This document shows positions 26,498 through 34,653 of a stretch of 40,005 nt of DNA, in pieces. Position numbers and translations under genes: made by a program. This DNA comes from a virus (taxonomy: Duplodnaviria > Caudoviricetes), in the IMG/VR virus record IMGVR_UViG_3300017645_000183, positions 1 to 40,005 of that record; one strand, given 5' to 3'. How positions within the stretch are numbered: position 1 is the first letter of the stretch; every line of letters begins with the position of its first letter. A model generated the notes under the pieces. That model worked only from the letters and a program-made list of their open reading frames with translations. It was not told the origin of the DNA and did not search any database.

Positions 26498-26823
26498 GAC
26501 ACCTTGTTTGCCCTGTCGATAAGGAACTGCTCTACGCGCCTTGCGGTGCGTTCCGTTGCCTCGGCCGACGCCGCCATGGCGGCGATCTGCGCCTGCATGT
26601 CCTTCATGGTCAGCTCCAGGCGGTGGACGGTCTCGCGGTCGGGCATATGACGGATTTCCTGCTCCACGCCCTGGATGCGCCTGTCGTGATCATCCAGAGT
26701 TTCGCCAACCTTCCGCAGCTCCTCGGTGTTCGAGCGCGAGCCGGCTGTGAGCCACATCCAGAAGGTCGAGCCGATCGAGATGCAGACCGCGATAAACCCG
26801 GCATAGTCCTTGAGGTCATCCAT
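26494..26823 (-). CDS. DUF2730 / Mu gp25-like membrane-anchored coiled-coil protein
   Basis: N-terminal TM, then RIQGVEQEIRHMPD...VHRLEL. Confidence 0.8.
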   Translation of the reverse strand: MDDLKDYAGFIAVCISIGSTFWMWLTAGSRSNTEELRKVGETLDDHDRRIQGVEQEIRHMPDRETVHRLELTMKDMQAQIAAMAASAEATERTARRVEQFLIDRANKVS

Positions 26824-27056
26824 CAGGAGCGCCTCCGGCGCGGTTGTTCTCGGCGCAGTTGCTCTCTGCGCTGGGCGCAGCCAATGCAGGTGTCGGCACT
26901 GGGCAGCGCAGCCTTACGGGCCGGTTCGATCTCCAGTTCACATTCTTTGCAGAAATCCATCCCGGCACCGCCGAGCGCCCCCCGTGCCCGACGAATACCG
27001 GCTTCGCGCTCTTGTTCGGCGCGAAGGTCGGCCATCTCGAAATCGAAATTCCCCAT
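26823..27056 (-). CDS. TraR/DksA C4 zinc-finger protein
   Basis: Start MGNFDFE at 27056 (TGATG overlap with the holin stop); CKEC...IEPARKAALP.A.TCIGC. Confidence 0.85.
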   Translation of the reverse strand: MGNFDFEMADLRAEQEREAGIRRARGALGGAGMDFCKECELEIEPARKAALPSADTCIGCAQRREQLRREQPRRRRS

Positions 27057-27592
27057 CACGATGCGGGTCTCCGCGCCGCGTAGGCGTCGATGGCCTTGCT
27101 GCCGAGGTCCTTGAGCGTGTGGCCGCCCATGTAGAGCGCGATGAACCAACTGGTCAGCGTCATCAGGACGGTGAGGTCGATCGCCGAGCAGATGTCGGTG
27201 CGGGCAATGGCATCGACGATCGGCAGCACCATAAGGCGCATCGCCCACATGAAGCCGAGCAGATACATCCAGCCGGGACGCCAGCGCCGTTCGAACGCGC
27301 CTTCCTTGTTCTCGGCGAGTTGCAGCCCGAACTGGCCTTCCAGGCCCTTTGCCCAAAGCGCGATCTTCTCCGGCATGTCGGCCTCGACCGACAGCACCGC
27401 TTCGCCGAGCTCGCCAGCCGGCACCGAAGGAAGCGCCTCCGGCTCGACACCAAGCTTTTCGGCCACGGATGTCACGACAGATTCGGCAAGCTGCCCGCCG
27501 GCCGGGCCGAAGATGCCACCGACCGCCTTGCCGACCAGCTCCGCGCCGACCTTGGCGGCAGCGCCCGCGATGATGGCTACCAGGGCGCTCAT
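27056..27592 (-). CDS. Holin, GTA-type 3TM family
   Basis: RWRPGWMY motif, two C-terminal TMs and LYMGGHT; follows the endolysin. Confidence 0.78.
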   Translation of the reverse strand: MSALVAIIAGAAAKVGAELVGKAVGGIFGPAGGQLAESVVTSVAEKLGVEPEALPSVPAGELGEAVLSVEADMPEKIALWAKGLEGQFGLQLAENKEGAFERRWRPGWMYLLGFMWAMRLMVLPIVDAIARTDICSAIDLTVLMTLTSWFIALYMGGHTLKDLGSKAIDAYAARRPAS

Positions 27593-27593
27593 G

Positions 27594-28562
27594 TCAGAAG
27601 CTCCTCAGCCAGCCGGCCAAACGCGGCGAGACGCCCTGCACACGCGCCGCGATCATATCGCGGTAGTGCCACGCCTGATAGCCGAGCCAGATCACACCGA
27701 CGACCCCGACGCCTATTCCGAACCATGTGACCAGTTGATCGCCTATCAGCTCCGAGCCAGGCAAGTGCCCCTGGGGTGGTGCAACGATCTCGTTGCCGGT
27801 CGCAACCGCGCCGCCGCCGGCCGCAACAGTACCGCTGACCTTGGTGGCGCCGCGCGCGTTCACTTCGCGCTGGAGCGTCGCCAGCGTGGCGCGACCGATC
27901 TTGCCGTCCACCGTCAAGGCATATTTCCGCTGGAAATCCTCGACGGCGATACGCAGGACCTTTCCCGCCATCTGGCCCGGATCAAAGCCCACGACCCGGA
28001 ACTGCTCGCGGATATCCGCGATTTCCTGGGCAGTCACGTCAACGACCCAAAGCGCATAGGTTTCGTTCGGCTGCAGCGGGCGATCCAGGGGCGTGACCTT
28101 GAGCACAGCTGGCCACTTGTCGAGCAGGATAATGTCGGCTTCTTCGGCGCGGCGTATCTGGAGCCCACGCACCACCTTACCGCCACTCTTTATCCAAGCC
28201 ATCAGGCCGGTGCGCGTCTTTTCGGCATCCCCGGCTTTGAGGGCTTTGACCCAGGACGCACGATCAATGGCACCGGTGTTCCAGTCGAAGGAAACGGCGC
28301 CGTCGAATACATTCTGTTTCAGCTTCTGGCCGAGCGCTTTTATGACACGAGGTTCGTAATTGTGCCGCAGCGCGGCCTGCATCAGGTTGCGCGCTTCGCT
28401 GAGCGTGATCGTCATGCCGGCCTTTGGAACGACAACTCCGCTCGCCGCCGTCAGACCGGGACCGATGGTCCAGGTACCGGCAATGTCGCGGTAGGCCTTG
28501 AGAACGACGTTCTCTTTCAGTTCGAGATAGGCGAGGCCCTTCGGGCTGGCTTGCTGCGCCAT
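27594..28562 (-). CDS. Endolysin: GH24 lysozyme + peptidoglycan-binding domain + C-terminal TM
   Basis: E-x8-D-x5-T triad (ENVVLKAYRDIAGTWT), GLQIRRAEEA, PG-binding AVEDFQRKYALTVDGKIGRAT and hydrophobic tail. ATG 28562 has a GGAG RBS. Confidence 0.9.
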   Translation of the reverse strand: MAQQASPKGLAYLELKENVVLKAYRDIAGTWTIGPGLTAASGVVVPKAGMTITLSEARNLMQAALRHNYEPRVIKALGQKLKQNVFDGAVSFDWNTGAIDRASWVKALKAGDAEKTRTGLMAWIKSGGKVVRGLQIRRAEEADIILLDKWPAVLKVTPLDRPLQPNETYALWVVDVTAQEIADIREQFRVVGFDPGQMAGKVLRIAVEDFQRKYALTVDGKIGRATLATLQREVNARGATKVSGTVAAGGGAVATGNEIVAPPQGHLPGSELIGDQLVTWFGIGVGVVGVIWLGYQAWHYRDMIAARVQGVSPRLAGWLRSF

Positions 28563-28632
28563 GCGTGTGCTCCGGCAAATCCGATCGGACAAATGAAGTC
28601 CGGCCAGATGTGCCGCTTGGCACTGTGGCGCG

Positions 28633-28650
28633 CGACACTGACAGTGTCAG
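28633..28650 (-). promoter_or_regulatory. Putative late-promoter activator site (lysis/packaging operon)
   Basis: CGACACTGACAGTGTCAG; one of three copies. Confidence 0.75.
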
Positions 28651-28657
28651 CGGCAGG

Positions 28658-29041
28658 CTATCTTTTCAGGCTGACGCACCAGGGCTCGCGTCGTCCGTGC
28701 CATTTGCGGGCGAGCCCTTCGTTAACGAGTAGCACGCCAACGTCCTGGCCGTCGACAAGCACGATGGCGAGGGTGCGGCCGTAGCGATCGATCTTTCTGC
28801 CCGACGCTGGATCGCCCCTGGCGATCTCGATCCGGCCGCCGCCGAGCAGCGCCTGGAGTCGGCGCTTTGCCACCTTTCCAAGTCGAAGTTCGGCATCGCA
28901 TTTTGGGTGACCGATTTCGGGTGCATCGATATTCGCAATGCGGATGCGCTCGCCCGCAAGGTCCAGCGTGTCGCCGTCGATCACGACGGGCGCGGGCGTG
29001 GCGATGAGACTGCTTGCGAGCAGCGATGCGACGAGGTTCAT
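28658..29041 (-). CDS. Thermonuclease (SNase-like) with hydrophobic N-terminus
   Basis: VIDGDT, RIANIDAPE, DRYGRTLA and LVNEGLA motifs. Confidence 0.9.
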   Translation of the reverse strand: MNLVASLLASSLIATPAPVVIDGDTLDLAGERIRIANIDAPEIGHPKCDAELRLGKVAKRRLQALLGGGRIEIARGDPASGRKIDRYGRTLAIVLVDGQDVGVLLVNEGLARKWHGRREPWCVSLKR

Positions 29042-29050
29042 GATGCGCCT

Positions 29051-29467
29051 TTAGAACAGTTTGAACTGCTTGTCTTCTGGTTGCTCGTCTTCGTCGCCCG
29101 GAGCTATGGTGCCGTCCAGCAACCTTTTGCGTGTCCTGTAGGCGGTGCGTTGGTGCATGCCGGCTACACGGGCGGCAGTGGAAGTGGACATGCCGGCTTC
29201 CAGCGCCTTGACGAGACGGCGCTGCTGGTGGGACAGCTTGGCAAGCGGGATTTCGATGGTGCCTCCACCGCTACCGCCTCGAAACTCCTCGCAGATCTTC
29301 TCGGCTGCCTCCATTCCGACCAGGGCTGTCAGCCAATGGTCCTTCTTGGCCTTGGCTGGAATGTAGACACGGACGCCACCGCAGGCATTCGCAATCTCCC
29401 AGGCAGCCTCCGTGCCGGCAGCCCGTGCGATACGGCGCAGTACCTCTGGAAGCGCAAAGTTGCTCAT
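29051..29467 (-). CDS. Mor/C-like late transcription activator
   Basis: LPEVL..IA..AG.EAA..IA...GGVRVYIP N-terminal domain plus a C-terminal HTH; near the end of the early operon, ahead of the lysis genes. Confidence 0.75.
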   Translation of the reverse strand: MSNFALPEVLRRIARAAGTEAAWEIANACGGVRVYIPAKAKKDHWLTALVGMEAAEKICEEFRGGSGGGTIEIPLAKLSHQQRRLVKALEAGMSTSTAARVAGMHQRTAYRTRKRLLDGTIAPGDEDEQPEDKQFKLF

Positions 29468-29691
29468 CTGTCCTGATCCCTTACGGGCCAGCCCGGCTGC
29501 AGCACCGTCACCACAGTGGCTTCGCGGACCACGAGCTTCACATTTTCCACGGTGACCGCGATGGCCCCAAGCCGAACCGCATTGACGGCCTTTCCGGCCA
29601 GATGCCGGCGCACCAGCTCTACGTCGAGGCCGTGGGCGCGCTCAAGGAAACGGAGGATGGCATGGTCGGTGACGTGGATGATGGTGCTCAT
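29464..29691 (-). CDS. Small hypothetical protein (VTDHAILRFLER type, possible RelE/BECR-like fold)
   Basis: 75 aa from ATG 29691; ATGA overlaps on both sides. Confidence 0.65.
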   Translation of the reverse strand: MSTIIHVTDHAILRFLERAHGLDVELVRRHLAGKAVNAVRLGAIAVTVENVKLVVREATVVTVLQPGWPVRDQDR

Positions 29692-30053
29692 CGCGCGCTG
29701 GATGCTCCGCTCGTGGAGGAAATCATGGTCGCGGTGTAGCGGTCGCGCAGGCTGTTCAGGGCCAAGCAGCCTTCGCGGCCGAGATCGGGCCACCAGTCAT
29801 CGCGGCCGAGAAGCCACAGGTGGCGCATGGCGATGTTGTTCACGACGCGACCGGCGGGCGGATAGACCTCGATCGCCACCGCCCAGGTTCCGGCGACGCG
29901 ATCCTTGATGGATTGCAGCTCGTCCCATCTGATCGAGCCGTCATGCTCGACAGACAAGAGGCCGAGATCCCGATCGAGATAGATGCGCGTGGCAGCGGTC
30001 CAGTCGGCCGGCCAGTCGCTGGTTGCACGGGTGAAGAGCAGCGAGCCCGTCAT
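29688..30053 (-). CDS. Conserved phage hypothetical protein
   Basis: 121 aa from ATG 30053; WDELQSIKD...AIEVYPP...VVN...MRHLW. Confidence 0.7.
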   Translation of the reverse strand: MTGSLLFTRATSDWPADWTAATRIYLDRDLGLLSVEHDGSIRWDELQSIKDRVAGTWAVAIEVYPPAGRVVNNIAMRHLWLLGRDDWWPDLGREGCLALNSLRDRYTATMISSTSGASSAR

Positions 30054-30676
30054 TTGCGCACCTGCCTGACGCGTTCGCCGAGCGCGTTCATGACGATCGG
30101 CCAGTCCCGATCGGTCATCTGGTCGACCGGCTTGGCGAGATCCCGGACGAATGTTCGGAAGGTGTCCCAGCTGCCGGATACCGCCTCGGCCCGATACAGG
30201 ATTTGCCATTGCGCCACCGCGATCTGCGCGCCTGGGCAGCGCAGCCAGGACGGCAGGTGAAGCCCGTCCGACCAGTCCACCTTCGCCTCACGCGTCAGCC
30301 ACGCCTTCATCGCTTCGATGGCCTTGGCGGCGTCTTCCGGGTGGCGCAGGAAGCGGACATGGTCGAGGCCGGTCTGCCGCTTCACGAAGGCGAGCAACGC
30401 GGCGTCGTCGCGATTGCTGACGACACCGAGGTTCCAGCCTGCGATCCACAGGGCCTGCAGCTTCTTGGCGAAACGGCCCTCAAGCTGCTTTCGAGAGCCG
30501 CTCGAAGCCTTTGTGAAACCGCGTCGGCGCATCTCCTCGACAACGCGCTCCTGCTCGGCCGGGGTCATTTCTCGCAAGGAACGCTTGCCGGTGACACGGG
30601 CATAGAGATCGCGGGCCGTGTCATCGTCCAGGCCGAGATGCTTGCGGGCGACGTGGATTGCTGCAACGGCACTCAT
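30050..30676 (-). CDS. gemA: GemA / Mu gp16 (DUF1018)
   Basis: Start at 30676; AIHVARKHLGLDDD..R......TGKRS...MT, KLQALW and A.KAIEAMKAW. Confidence 0.9.
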   Translation of the reverse strand: MSAVAAIHVARKHLGLDDDTARDLYARVTGKRSLREMTPAEQERVVEEMRRRGFTKASSGSRKQLEGRFAKKLQALWIAGWNLGVVSNRDDAALLAFVKRQTGLDHVRFLRHPEDAAKAIEAMKAWLTREAKVDWSDGLHLPSWLRCPGAQIAVAQWQILYRAEAVSGSWDTFRTFVRDLAKPVDQMTDRDWPIVMNALGERVRQVRK

Positions 30677-30879
30677 GAGCTTTCCCCATCGAGATAACGA
30701 AGTTCCCAAGTCGGGTGAAACGGGCGAGAGTGATCGCGGCCGTCGAGGCGGATGTTGAGGTATTGGCCAGACGCGCCTGTAATGGTGCCGAGCACGGCCT
30801 TGCCGCTGCCGGTGTATTCCACCCGTCCGCCTCGCTGCGCTGGGACACGATAGTAGGTGCGTATCCAGTCCATGCTCAT
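30673..30879 (-). CDS. Small phage hypothetical protein
   Basis: 68 aa; IRTYY.VPA.RGGRV...FHPTW; translationally coupled. Confidence 0.75.
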   Translation of the reverse strand: MSMDWIRTYYRVPAQRGGRVEYTGSGKAVLGTITGASGQYLNIRLDGRDHSRPFHPTWELRYLDGESS

Positions 30880-31106
30880 GACAGTTCGCGCTCCAGATCG
30901 CGGGCAACGGCGGAAAGGTTGAGAGTAACGCTCACCACGCCGCCGTGCGGGCTGGGCGTGTCGTAGTCATAGATGTGCAGCACCCGGTTGCCCTGCTCGT
31001 CGGTACGCAGCTCGTTCGCGCCGCGCTGGCCCATGGCGCGGGCAAGCGCCTCCTCGAGGAAAGCAACGCGCAGGTGAACTGGCATGGTCGGGGACAGCAT
31101 GCTCAT
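30876..31106 (-). CDS. Hypothetical protein
   Basis: 76 aa with ATGA overlaps on both sides. Confidence 0.65.
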   Translation of the reverse strand: MSMLSPTMPVHLRVAFLEEALARAMGQRGANELRTDEQGNRVLHIYDYDTPSPHGGVVSVTLNLSAVARDLERELS

Positions 31107-31795
31107 TCCGCACCCCCGATCTGCGGCACGTCTATCTGTCCAGAGGCGACACCGTGCGACAGATGGATTTTGTCGGCCGCGCTACGGCCGGCAAAACCAG
31201 CACGGAAATACCGTTCCCTGTGACGGCGGAATTTGTGTGACGATGCATCGGGGTATCGCTCGTCACGGGCGCCTTGGGCCTCCTTGATCGCTACCGGATC
31301 AATCGTCTTCTCGAACAGGACGAGCAAGCGGATCGAGAGACGATGCACCAGCGCCGCAGTAAAGTCGGCGATGGCTTGCTTCTTGGTCGCGACCTTGCGG
31401 CGCTGACGATAGAAGGTGCTCCGCTTGAACTGAGCGTTTTCTTTGTCGACCGCTCGCTCACAAACGGTGCGGAGATAAACGGCTACTTGCGGCCCCGGCT
31501 CACGACCTACAAACCGCACTTCATGGCGTCCCCTAGAGGAGATCGTGGTGCAGGCCGTATTGGTGCACCGCGCTATGACGGCCCACAGTTTTACCTTGAG
31601 ACCATACCTGGCGGTACGCGATCGCGACCCGGCGTCCTCCATCTCGATATCGCCCACTGACAGCCCATGCTCGCGCATGAGCTTTGCTGCCTTCTCGGCT
31701 GCCGCGAGCGCCTCGGCCTCTGTGCAGCCTCGCTCGAATGTCATAGCCAGCAGGCGGCGGATACGCTCACGCGCTTTGTGCTTATCGTCGCTCAT
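31103..31795 (-). CDS. DUF2786-domain protein
   Basis: RERIRRLLAM....GCTEAEALAAAEKAAKLMREHGLS. Confidence 0.82.
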   Translation of the reverse strand: MSDDKHKARERIRRLLAMTFERGCTEAEALAAAEKAAKLMREHGLSVGDIEMEDAGSRSRTARYGLKVKLWAVIARCTNTACTTISSRGRHEVRFVGREPGPQVAVYLRTVCERAVDKENAQFKRSTFYRQRRKVATKKQAIADFTAALVHRLSIRLLVLFEKTIDPVAIKEAQGARDERYPDASSHKFRRHRERYFRAGFAGRSAADKIHLSHGVASGQIDVPQIGGAE

Positions 31796-32103
31796 GCCGT
31801 CGCCTTTTCGATTTTCTTAAGCGCGGCGGTGCGCCAGTTCTGGAGCGCGCCGAAAAGGCCACCGGTCGAAGTGGATTTGATGCCGCACATGCGGACCCAA
31901 TGGTCATGTGCGCCGGTCAAGCCAAAGCGCGCATCCTCGTGATGCTGGAAGAACTCCACCAGCTTTGCCGTAGCGGCATCGCTGCGAGCACGCCAAGCGC
32001 TATAGTCGCGGATGTCGTAGGGGCCTTCTTCGGCCCTGGCCTCGGCAAGCTTGGCCTCGACCAGCTCGACCAGGCGCTGCAGGTTTTCAATCCACTGCGG
32101 CAT
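31792..32103 (-). CDS. Hypothetical protein
   Basis: 103 aa from ATG 32103 with a GGAGG RBS. Confidence 0.7.
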   Translation of the reverse strand: MPQWIENLQRLVELVEAKLAEARAEEGPYDIRDYSAWRARSDAATAKLVEFFQHHEDARFGLTGAHDHWVRMCGIKSTSTGGLFGALQNWRTAALKKIEKATA

Positions 32104-32105
32104 GG

Positions 32106-32294
32106 TCAGTCCTCCCGTGCTTCGATCGGCACAGGGCCGGAGCCATATTGGTTGAAGGGGTCGTATTCGTCGTCGGCACCGATCCCTTCGCCACCGCACG
32201 CGTCGCAGACCTCGAAATCGATCTCCTCGCAAGAGAGGATCGATTGGCACACGGTGCAGTAAGAGCCTTCAGAAGTGTGGACGATATAGCTCAT
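32106..32294 (-). CDS. Small Cys-rich (zinc-ribbon-like) acidic protein
   Basis: 62 aa; CTVC...CDACGGEG; AGGAGAG RBS. Confidence 0.65.
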   Translation of the reverse strand: MSYIVHTSEGSYCTVCQSILSCEEIDFEVCDACGGEGIGADDEYDPFNQYGSGPVPIEARED

Positions 32295-32306
32295 CGGCTT
32301 CTCTCC

Positions 32307-32966
32307 TTACGCTTTGGCCAGGTCGATGGTGATGGAGGTCCATTCGGCATCGTGATGCTCGCGGATGCCGAAGCGCACATATTCCTTTGAACTACGGGGC
32401 CGCTGGGCAGCGCGGATGGCGTTCATCGCCTCGACCCAACGCGGATCGGTGATGTTGAGGCGCAGCAGCATCAACACCTCCGAGCGGTTCACCTTGCCCT
32501 CCTGGTCCGTATTGAAGGCGCGCGTGACGATGGTCTGGATCTCCGGCCGGCTGTCGGCCGACCACTCATTCAGGCACTGGTCTATGAGGTTCTTGGCTAT
32601 CTGCAGCTCGGAGCCGAAGTCCATGAACTCCGCGACCTGCACCTGGACGCGCAACAGGCCGTCGAACGTCATGTACGTGCGGTTTCCCTTGCCCGCGTGG
32701 CCACGCTTCACAAAGCCGTACTGTTCGGCGAGGAGCTGATCGAGCGCGGCCAGATCGGCCATGGTGTGAAGCTTGAAGCGAGAGATTTGCGCACTCAGAT
32801 CGCGGGCGTAGCCGATGATCTTGCGCACCGTCTGATCTTCCAGCTTGTGTTGCGGCTTGACCAGTTCGTCGCGGACATAGCCGCCGCGATGGTCAACCCA
32901 CATGGTTTTCCCGTTGACGATTTCCGTGCCGGGCTGCTGCCCATCTGCGAGGATCACAGCTTCCAT
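32307..32966 (-). CDS. DUF3164 family protein
   Basis: VKPQHKLEDQTV, GKGN.TY.TFDG, FGSELQIAK.LID.CL.EW and W..AM.AI motifs. Confidence 0.88.
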   Translation of the reverse strand: MEAVILADGQQPGTEIVNGKTMWVDHRGGYVRDELVKPQHKLEDQTVRKIIGYARDLSAQISRFKLHTMADLAALDQLLAEQYGFVKRGHAGKGNRTYMTFDGLLRVQVQVAEFMDFGSELQIAKNLIDQCLNEWSADSRPEIQTIVTRAFNTDQEGKVNRSEVLMLLRLNITDPRWVEAMNAIRAAQRPRSSKEYVRFGIREHHDAEWTSITIDLAKA

Positions 32967-32969
32967 GGT

Positions 32970-33278
32970 CTACTCCTGGGTGTTGGGTTCGCCGAGCAAT
33001 GCGGCCAATTCGGTTGTGAGCACCTGAAACACTTCAGCCGCGCCGACTTCGCGCCGACACCGGGCTGCCTCGGCATTCTCTCCTGGGACTTCGCGGTTCG
33101 CGGATTGCACTGTCGCTTCGGCGAACACGCAGATATTCCAGAGACGTTCGGCCGCGTATGCCAGCGCCACCACTTCGGCGGTGCTGGCAGCAGGAGCATT
33201 TCTCTCGGGTCTGGCGATGATGGCGTTGGCGGTGTCCATCACGTCAACCTGAGCTGCCAGTTCGAGGAGCTTGCTCAT
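32970..33278 (-). CDS. Hypothetical protein
   Basis: 102 aa from ATG 33278 (ATGA overlap). Confidence 0.65.
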   Translation of the reverse strand: MSKLLELAAQVDVMDTANAIIARPERNAPAASTAEVVALAYAAERLWNICVFAEATVQSANREVPGENAEAARCRREVGAAEVFQVLTTELAALLGEPNTQE

Positions 33279-33589
33279 GCGGTCCCCCACGGCCAAGGTT
33301 CGGTAAGGGGGAGCGTGCTATGCGCGAGCAGCCGCAGGTTCGTGTCGGGCTTGTTCAGCTCGGCTTGCAGTGCTTCAAGGTCTTGCCGATCCTCCGGCCC
33401 GGTCAGCCGGCTGCGGTGCCGGCTGATTTCGTGGGACATAAGGCGGCTTCGGTTTTCCAGGGCCAGCAGCAATTCGGTCAGGGTCGCTATCTGTTCGACC
33501 TTGAGCGTGAGGCCGTCGCGCCCCTCCCGTGCCAGCACTTCGCGAAGCCCTTTCAGGCTGTCGCTGACGATGTAGAGACTTTCCGTCAT
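33275..33589 (-). CDS. Hypothetical protein
   Basis: 104 aa from ATG 33589; GGAGG RBS at the end of B. Confidence 0.68.
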   Translation of the reverse strand: MTESLYIVSDSLKGLREVLAREGRDGLTLKVEQIATLTELLLALENRSRLMSHEISRHRSRLTGPEDRQDLEALQAELNKPDTNLRLLAHSTLPLTEPWPWGTA

Positions 33590-33591
33590 CG

Positions 33592-34599
33592 TCAGTCCTC
33601 CACGCTCCGGTTGCGCCAAGCATCCTCGATGTGCTTCAGGGTGATGCCCACGCCGTCGCCATAAGCGGCCAAGCCCGCGAGCCGGAGGGTCTTGTCGATC
33701 TGGCCGAGTGCGCCCGGCTTGTGGCCTATACCGATGAGCAGCCGTCGCGCGGCAGCATCTTCGATGCCCCATGCGTCTATGAGCGCGGTGATGTCCTCGG
33801 CATATGGCTGCAGGCGCATGAGCCGCTTGCCGATGCGGCGCTTGATCTGCGCATAGGAAGGCCCATCGGTACGAGACGCAAAGCGGCCGTATAACTCGTC
33901 GTTCCCCACCAGCGCTATGCCGCACTCGTTGATGTCGAGCAGCCGCCGCAACTGGTCGATCGCCTCGTCTTTGAGGTTCTGTGCCTCATCGATGATCAGC
34001 AGCGTCTTGCGGCCGTTTCGCTGCAGCCGGTCGCCGATCGCGCGCGGCAGGCGGGCCGGATTGGCCTGGGTGATGCCAAGGGAACTTGCGACCTCCAGCA
34101 GCATGCCCTGGACCGTCTTGGTGTGGGGCGACATGGTACAGAGATACGCGTGAGGCCGAGAATTGGCGTAGTGCCTGCAGGTGACGGTCTTGCCCTGGCC
34201 GGCCCCGAAGGTGATCACCACCAATTCGGGCATCATCTGCGCATAGGCCAGCGCCTGGGTGATCTCGCGCGCGGTGCGGGTTTCGACATAGTCGGGCGAA
34301 GTGGGGATGCCGCGCTGCATGGCATCCATTTCCTCGACGCTGGCAAGCCATTGCTCGACCTTGGTGTTGGTGGTGTCGAGACGGCCGTTGTATTTGCCGC
34401 TGAACCATCCGCTGAAGGTGCCTTCGGCCATGCCGGCACGGCGGGCAACCTCTGCCTTGGCGATGCCGCTTGCGGTCGCGATCCCGGCGACCTTGCGCAC
34501 CAGATCGCGCCATTTCGCTATGTCCTCGGGACTGCGGCCCTCTCCCTGGGCAGGCTCAACCGTGGGAAGTGACCAGATGTTGTTTACCTGTTGGTTCAT
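33592..34599 (-). CDS. B: MuB-like AAA+ transposition ATPase
   Basis: N-terminal HTH, Walker A GAGQGKT, Walker B LLIIDEAQ and GIALVGN. Confidence 0.92.
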   Translation of the reverse strand: MNQQVNNIWSLPTVEPAQGEGRSPEDIAKWRDLVRKVAGIATASGIAKAEVARRAGMAEGTFSGWFSGKYNGRLDTTNTKVEQWLASVEEMDAMQRGIPTSPDYVETRTAREITQALAYAQMMPELVVITFGAGQGKTVTCRHYANSRPHAYLCTMSPHTKTVQGMLLEVASSLGITQANPARLPRAIGDRLQRNGRKTLLIIDEAQNLKDEAIDQLRRLLDINECGIALVGNDELYGRFASRTDGPSYAQIKRRIGKRLMRLQPYAEDITALIDAWGIEDAAARRLLIGIGHKPGALGQIDKTLRLAGLAAYGDGVGITLKHIEDAWRNRSVED

Positions 34600-34653
34600 G
34601 GTGTCCTCGTCAAAAAGCCCGGACGGGCAGTGAAGGCGGGCGAGCCGCCAGGA

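Noticed and set aside
27141-28784. 547-aa + strand ORF
   Set aside because: Antisense shadow across the holin and endolysin; no recognisable domain.
34185-34215. MuB Walker A reads FGAGQGKT (first Gly replaced) as a sign of inactivation
   Set aside because: GKT, Walker B and the rest of the ORF are intact; not enough to call it defective.
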